Positions 58,743 through 64,000 of a DNA stretch of 64,000 nt are shown piece by piece. The stretch spans positions 992,001 to 1,056,000 of the forward strand of contig OY968796.1 in NCBI GenBank assembly GCA_963695545.1, read 5' to 3'. The translations under genes and the position numbers were made by a program. The notes beneath the pieces are model-generated. The model did not search any database. It saw only the letters and a list, made by a program, of their open reading frames with translations, and was not told the origin of the DNA. This DNA is from Terriglobia bacterium. GTDB taxonomy: Bacteria > Acidobacteriota > Terriglobia > Acidiferrales > UBA7541. Numbering within the stretch: position 1 is the stretch's first letter; the number at the start of each line of letters is the position of its first letter.

Positions 58743-59732
58743 ATGAAAGCAGCCGTTGTCACAGCGAAGGGCGGACCGTGGGAGATTCAAAGCGTTCCCG
58801 ATCCGAAGATTGAAGCCGGGCAAGTGCTGGTGAAGATGCACGCCAGCGGCATTTGCTTCAGCGACGTGCACGAAACGCTCGGCCACTTACCGGGCGCGTT
58901 CCCGCGAATCCTCGGCCACGAACCGGTCGGCGAAATCATCGCCGTCGGCGCGGGCGTCACCTCGCGCAAAGTCGGCGACCGCGTGGGCACCGCATGGATC
59001 CAGGCAGCCTGCGGCCGCTGCGAGTGGTGCCAGCGCGGAAAGCAAAACTTCTGCTCCGTCGATCCGAAGGTCACTGGAATCCAGTTGCAGGGCGGCCACG
59101 CGGAATTGATGCCCATGTACGCCGATACCACCACGCTGATTCCCGATGGCCTTTCCTACGAACAAGCCGCGCCGATTTTCTGCGCGGGTTACACCGTGTG
59201 GGCCGGCCTCCGCCTCGCCGCTCCCGTGCCGGGCGAACGCATCGCCGTGCTGGGCATCGGCGGGCTCGGCCACCTGGCCGTGCAATACGCGAAAGCCGCG
59301 GGCTTTGAAACCATCGCCATTTCGCATTCGCCCGACAAGGATAAATTCATTCGCGAGCTCGGCGCCGATGAAATCGTGCGCGACGGCAAGGGCCTCCTCG
59401 ACGCCGGCGGCGCGGACATCGTGCTGAGCACCACGAATTCCGTTCCCGCCATGGCCGATAGCGTCAATGGCATCCGCCCCGACGGGCGCTTCGTCGTCAT
59501 GGGCGCGGGCGCCGAACCGCTCGCTCTCTCGACCATCACGCTTCTCAGCAAACGCATTCGCGTGATCGGCAGCACGCAAAATGGCCGCGAATATCTTTAC
59601 GAGGCGCTCGATTACGCCGCGAAAGGCAAAGTGAAAGTGATCGCCGAAACGTACAAATTGGACGACGCGGCGAAGGCCTACGCGCGCGTCGCCGAAGGGA
59701 CCGTGCGTTTCCGCGCCGTGCTGGCGATCTGA
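58743..59732 (+). CDS. Zn-dependent alcohol dehydrogenase
   Basis: GICFSD, LGHEPVG, CGRCEWC, GIGGLG. Confidence 0.9.
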   Translation: MKAAVVTAKGGPWEIQSVPDPKIEAGQVLVKMHASGICFSDVHETLGHLPGAFPRILGHEPVGEIIAVGAGVTSRKVGDRVGTAWIQAACGRCEWCQRGKQNFCSVDPKVTGIQLQGGHAELMPMYADTTTLIPDGLSYEQAAPIFCAGYTVWAGLRLAAPVPGERIAVLGIGGLGHLAVQYAKAAGFETIAISHSPDKDKFIRELGADEIVRDGKGLLDAGGADIVLSTTNSVPAMADSVNGIRPDGRFVVMGAGAEPLALSTITLLSKRIRVIGSTQNGREYLYEALDYAAKGKVKVIAETYKLDDAAKAYARVAEGTVRFRAVLAI

Positions 59733-59746
59733 AGCGTCGTGGTTTT

Positions 59747-59771
59747 GTAGGGGCGGAGCTCGCCTCCGCCC
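59747..59771 (+). repeat. GTAG-family REP palindrome
   Basis: GTAG + GGGCGGAG-CTCGC-CTCCGCCC between convergent genes. Confidence 0.6.
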
Positions 59772-59799
59772 GCTTTTGGGAGATGAACTTGCGATGTCG

Positions 59800-60282
59800 C
59801 TATTTCAAATCGAGGCCCGTGATCGTCATCGTGGGGTACTGCTGGTTCCACTGGTCGGGGAGGTGCTCGTAGCTCAATTGAAAATCGTACTGCTGCCCGG
59901 GACCGAGCGGCCCCGCCGTCGCAGGAAACAGCCGCTGCTGATCGCGCAGCACCACCTGGCCAAAGATGTCGTGAAACTCGAGCGTGACTTCGATCTGATT
60001 CACGGTGCGCGGTCCGTCGTTTTCAACCGTGCCGAAAACATACGTCACCTCTTGATTCAGAAAATTCGTGGCGCGGCTCATCGGCGTGTTCGCCGGCCGG
60101 GTGAATTTGATCTGCGGCGCGTAGGCCTGCTCGGCGGCGCCCATCGGCAGCGGCGGCGGCGCGGTCGATTGCGTGGTGGCCGAGTGTCTGCTCCACAAAA
60201 CCGCCGCGCCGACCAGCAGAGCCACAATCACGGCGCCGATCAAAAACGCCACGGGCATTTCGCGCTTTCTAGTTTCTGCCAT
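59800..60282 (-). CDS. Membrane-anchored DUF2393/FxLYD-like protein
   Basis: N-terminal TM helix; GTVEN.G...V.LEFHD..GQVV pattern. Confidence 0.6.
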   Translation of the reverse strand: MAETRKREMPVAFLIGAVIVALLVGAAVLWSRHSATTQSTAPPPLPMGAAEQAYAPQIKFTRPANTPMSRATNFLNQEVTYVFGTVENDGPRTVNQIEVTLEFHDIFGQVVLRDQQRLFPATAGPLGPGQQYDFQLSYEHLPDQWNQQYPTMTITGLDLK

Positions 60283-60320
60283 GGTGCGAACCTCGTTCCG
60301 CTCTCTTTCGATTCGATGCC

Positions 60321-61064
60321 TCAGCGCCCGAAGGAGAGGCGCGAGATCAGCGGCTCCGGCAATCCCGCCTCGCGCATGCGTTCTTGCACCGCCGCGATAT
60401 TGTACGGCACGCGCCAGAATTCGATCACGCCGTGATCGCGATCGGCAATCGCAAAGCCCGCGCGCGGATCGCCGTCGCGCGGCTGCCCGACCGAGCCGGG
60501 ATTCAGCAGGTAGCGCGTGCCCGCTTCCACGCGCAGCGCCGCGAAGCTCGTGCCCGCCGGCACGCGCATCTGGATCACTTGCAGATCGTCATCGCGATAC
60601 GAGAAGCCGCCTTGAATGTGCGTGTGGCCGAAAAAAGTAACGTTCGTCGGCGAACCCACAAGTCCGCCGAGCGCTTGCGCCGGAGAAAAAACGTAGTCGT
60701 CTTCATCCTGATACGAGCCGTGAACCAGCGTCAGCTCGCCGGCGCGCAGCGGCCCGGCCGGCAGCCGCTCGATGAATTCGAGATTCGCGGAAGTAAGTTG
60801 CTCGCGCGTCCACTGCGCCGCCATCAGCGCCATGGGATTCAGATCCTCGGCGCTCGGATCGCCGGCGGCGGCTTTGTCGTGATTGCCGCGAATGATCGCC
60901 GGCGCGATCGATCCCAGACGATCGATCACTTCGTTCGGGTCGGGCCCGTAACCGACCACGTCGCCCAAACAGACGGCGCCTTCCCAGCGTCCGCGCGCCG
61001 CGGCCAGCGCGGCTTCGAGCGCGGTCGAGTTGGCGTGAATGTCGCTCAGTACCAGAAGACGCAT
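60321..61064 (-). CDS. Calcineurin-like metallophosphoesterase
   Basis: SDIHAN, GDVVGYG, GNHD, GHTH, NPGSVGQPRD. Confidence 0.9.
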   Translation of the reverse strand: MRLLVLSDIHANSTALEAALAAARGRWEGAVCLGDVVGYGPDPNEVIDRLGSIAPAIIRGNHDKAAAGDPSAEDLNPMALMAAQWTREQLTSANLEFIERLPAGPLRAGELTLVHGSYQDEDDYVFSPAQALGGLVGSPTNVTFFGHTHIQGGFSYRDDDLQVIQMRVPAGTSFAALRVEAGTRYLLNPGSVGQPRDGDPRAGFAIADRDHGVIEFWRVPYNIAAVQERMREAGLPEPLISRLSFGR

Positions 61065-61271
61065 TCGCTCTCACCCGCTCGCTCGCGTCGCGCGCGCCTG
61101 CGATTGCTTGCCACACGCGCGCCCCGCGCTCGCCCGAGCCGGACTTCTCGCGCGAGCGCCTGATTATAATCGAAGCCCTGTCACTCCGCGCGATCCTTCG
61201 CGATGTGCGCGCGGAGGTTCGTCGTTTTGCCAAACCGCGCGCCGTCCCGTCATCCTTTTCGCTCGCCCGCT

Positions 61272-61530
61272 CGCTCGTCCCCTTGCTCACCTATGGAAAT
61301 ATTCGGCGTCCAACGCAACAAGAATTGAAACATTCGGAGGAACGCACTCGTACTACTGAATGCAGGCGCACTGAGCTGCACGGCGCGGGAATCGAGAGCA
61401 GGCCAATCGGCGAGTAAGGCCGCAAATGGCAGGCCGCATTGCTCCATTTTGGTTCTTGTGCCGCAGCGCATCGTGCGCAGAATCGAATCGTTCGGCTTCG
61501 CCGGACGATAGCAGCAAAAGGGGTGCGAAA
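61272..61530 (+). repeat. Duplicated leader, copy 1
   Basis: Blocks identical or near-identical to 61997-62257. Confidence 0.85.
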
Positions 61531-61944
61531 ATGCGTTCTGCACGGTTCCAATTGTTCGGTCGATATCTCGTTGCGTTTCTCGGTGTCATAGCATTGACAT
61601 TCTCGGCCGCGGCCACAGCCTCGGCCAACACCACCGTGAAACACGTCACGCTCGTACATGATGTGCTTGTCGGGGAAACCATGCTTCCGGCCGGAGACTA
61701 CCTACTGGTGATTGACGGCGGGAAGATGTTAGTGGAACAGGGCAAGCGCGTCGTCGCGCAGGCGGCGGCGCGCTGGGAAGAGCGCGACGAGATGCCCGTC
61801 TACGATTCCGTGCTTTACGCGGATGGATATCACGTGATCGAAATTCGATTCAAGCACCAGCGCGATGTGCTAGTGGTCGTCGCGCCGCCGGTGCGCTCGG
61901 CAAGCTTGCCTTCGCGAAGCGACACGCAAACGCCCCAGCCATAA
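61531..61944 (+). CDS. Small secreted beta-protein, paralogue 1
   Basis: Signal peptide; LPAGDY, DSVLY, EIRF. Confidence 0.75.
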   Translation: MRSARFQLFGRYLVAFLGVIALTFSAAATASANTTVKHVTLVHDVLVGETMLPAGDYLLVIDGGKMLVEQGKRVVAQAAARWEERDEMPVYDSVLYADGYHVIEIRFKHQRDVLVVVAPPVRSASLPSRSDTQTPQP

Positions 61945-61996
61945 AACCGACCAGCCGTTTCTACGGCACTTCCGGAGTCGCCGCCGGCGACATAAA

Positions 61997-62257
61997 CGCT
62001 CGTCCCCTTGCTCACCTATGGGAGCGCTCCGCGTCCAACGGCACAAGAGTCGGGAACTTTCGGAGGGGGACGATCGTTCTTCCGAGCACAGGCCCGCAGG
62101 GCCGCGCGGTACGAAAATCCAACGCAGGCCAATCGGCGAGCGGCGCCACAAATGGCACCTCGCGACGCTCCACTTTGGTTCTTGTGCCGCGGCGGATCGT
62201 GCGCAGAATCGGATCGTTCGGACTCTTCCGATAACGAGGGGAAAAAGGGGTGCGAGA
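61997..62257 (+). repeat. Duplicated leader, copy 2
   Basis: See copy 1. Confidence 0.85.
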
Positions 62258-62617
62258 ATGGGTGCAACACGTTTGCGACTGTTCGGTTCGCGTCTATTCG
62301 TCTTTCTCAGTGTGATGGCTTTGGCGCTCTCATTCACGGCCGCGGCGTCAGCCGACACCGCCACAAAACACATAACGTTCGATCATGATGTACTGATCGG
62401 AGGGGTCAAGCTGCCGGCCGGAGACTACGTCCTGGTAATCAGCGATGGGCACCTGACCGTGAAGCGCGAAAACAAGATTGTTGCGCAGGCCACCACGCAC
62501 TGGGAGGCGCGCGACAATACGCCGACTGCAGATTCCGTGCTCTACGGAGATAACAATCTGGTGCTCGAGATCCGATTTGCTCACGAGCGCGCCGTGTTGG
62601 TCGTCGCGGCTCCCTAA
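62258..62617 (+). CDS. Small secreted beta-protein, paralogue 2
   Basis: Same motifs as paralogue 1. Confidence 0.75.
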   Translation: MGATRLRLFGSRLFVFLSVMALALSFTAAASADTATKHITFDHDVLIGGVKLPAGDYVLVISDGHLTVKRENKIVAQATTHWEARDNTPTADSVLYGDNNLVLEIRFAHERAVLVVAAP

Positions 62618-62650
62618 GCCGGTGGCACAATTGCGCGGTACGAGGCGGCA

Positions 62651-63772
62651 CTAGCGGATCAGCATGCAGTCGCCGTAGCTATAAAAGCGATAGTTCGCTT
62701 CGACCGCATGCCGATACGCAGCGAGCAAGTGTTCGCGGCCAGCAAATGCAGAAACGAGCACAAGAAGCGTGGATCGCGGAAGATGAAAATTGGTCAACAG
62801 CTGGTCAACAACGAAGAACTGCTGGCCAGGATACAAAAACAGATTCGCTGCCGCGCGGCCGGGGCGCACGCGAGAAAATAATTTGTCCGCCACGGCGCGG
62901 CGCTCATCGCGCGGTTCCGATTTGCGAGCCGCGTCTTCGAGCGCGCGCACGACGGTTGTGCCGGCGGCGAGGATTGGGCGCGCGTCTCGTTTTGCATTTT
63001 CGATCGCGCGCGCGGCAGCCTCGGAAATTTCGTAAGTTTCCGAATGCATGACGTGAGCTTCGATTTCTTCGGAGTGGATCGGCTGGAACGTTCCGAGGCC
63101 GACTTCGAGTGTGATCTCGGCGATTTCGACGCCACGTGCGCGCAATCTCGCGACAACGTCCGGCGTAAAGTGCAAGCCGGCAGTGGGCGCGGCGACGGCT
63201 CCCGGCTCCCGGGCGAAGATCGTCTGATAGCGCTCGCGATCAAAAGGTTCGTCACCGCGCGCGATGTAGGGCGGAAGCGGAACGTGGCCGAGTCGTTCGA
63301 GCGATTGCTCCACGGAACCGGGGCCGCGGAAGCACAGCCTCCGTAGTCCGAATTCGCCGCGATCCAGAACCTCGGCTTCGAGTTCGCCGTCTCCAAATAA
63401 AATCTTTTCGCCTATCGGCAATTTCCGGCCGGGGCGTACGAGCGCTTCCCACTCCTTGTCGTTAACACGCCGTGTGAGCAGGATCTCGATTTGCGCGGAC
63501 AGATGCTCGCGGCGCGTGCGCGGAGATCTTCCGACCTTTTGCGCGCGCACGCCGGCGCGTCGGCCAAACAATCGCGCCGGAATCACGCGAGTATTATTGA
63601 CGACGAGCAACTCCTCGCCGCGAAGCAGGTCCGGCAAGTCCCGGAACATTCCATCTTGAAAGCGGCCGGTCGTACGGTCGAGTAGGAGCATTCTCGACGC
63701 ATCGCGAGGCTCGGCCGGGCGCTGAGCGATCAATTGCTCGGGCAAATCGTAGTCAAATTGATCGAGGCGCAT
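62651..63772 (-). CDS. queA: S-adenosylmethionine:tRNA ribosyltransferase-isomerase
   Basis: FDYDLP, PLPPYI, AAPTAGLHF, TNFHLPRST, YRFYSYGD. Confidence 0.95.
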   Translation of the reverse strand: MRLDQFDYDLPEQLIAQRPAEPRDASRMLLLDRTTGRFQDGMFRDLPDLLRGEELLVVNNTRVIPARLFGRRAGVRAQKVGRSPRTRREHLSAQIEILLTRRVNDKEWEALVRPGRKLPIGEKILFGDGELEAEVLDRGEFGLRRLCFRGPGSVEQSLERLGHVPLPPYIARGDEPFDRERYQTIFAREPGAVAAPTAGLHFTPDVVARLRARGVEIAEITLEVGLGTFQPIHSEEIEAHVMHSETYEISEAAARAIENAKRDARPILAAGTTVVRALEDAARKSEPRDERRAVADKLFSRVRPGRAAANLFLYPGQQFFVVDQLLTNFHLPRSTLLVLVSAFAGREHLLAAYRHAVEANYRFYSYGDCMLIR

Positions 63773-63908
63773 GGTGAAATGCGACTATATCTCGAATTCA
63801 GTCGGAGGGCAATTTGCGGGGCCTGTAGCTATCACGTCTGCCGCCAAAATTCACGTACTATGATCATACTAAATGACTTACACAAGTTCGTAGATTGGCG
63901 CACTACTA

Positions 63909-63937
63909 TTGACATTATGACACGCATATTATATGCT
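63909..63937 (+). promoter_or_regulatory. Sigma-70 promoter TTGACA-17-TATGCT for a gene starting at ATG 63987 (runs off window)
   Basis: Consensus hexamers followed by a GGAGGG RBS. Confidence 0.65.
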
Positions 63938-64000
63938 TCTATGAAGATTAGATGTACGAAAACACCTTAATCGGAGGGATTAGGTCATGACAACCATCTC

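Noticed and set aside
61426..61443. Sigma-54 promoter in the duplicated leader (TGGCAGGCCGCATTGC)
   Set aside because: Spacing is one base too long and the -12 element is absent in copy 2

Overview
A GC-rich bacterial chromosomal segment, most likely Acidobacteriota (inferred from the Oar-type TonB receptor, PEP-CTERM/EPS genes, repeat families and gene set). Housekeeping blocks include greA-fusA2, lpdA-lipB with a 2-oxoacid dehydrogenase E1a/E1b/E2 set, an mltD-like gene, dksA-comF-HNH and queA. Accessory loci are interleaved with them: (1) a translationally coupled pair of a degenerate-SIR2+TIR protein and a 1562-aa nSTAND1 NTPase-TM-TPR protein, a candidate transmembrane NLR/Toll-like system and the strongest lead; (2) a HipA-like kinase/DUF3037 pair with a divergent HTH-S24 regulator, both with altered catalytic residues; (3) a lower-GC islet with a Sll1717-like P-loop ATPase; (4) two distant copies (15.8-16.2 kb minus, 58.3-58.7 kb plus) of an unannotated ~350-400 bp element with the same promoter-to-ATG geometry; (5) tandem paralogous secreted proteins with strongly conserved leaders. 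An HtrA/DegP gene carries an in-frame TAG. No rRNA, tRNA, CRISPR array or transposase was seen. All family assignments come from motif recognition by eye, not database searches.
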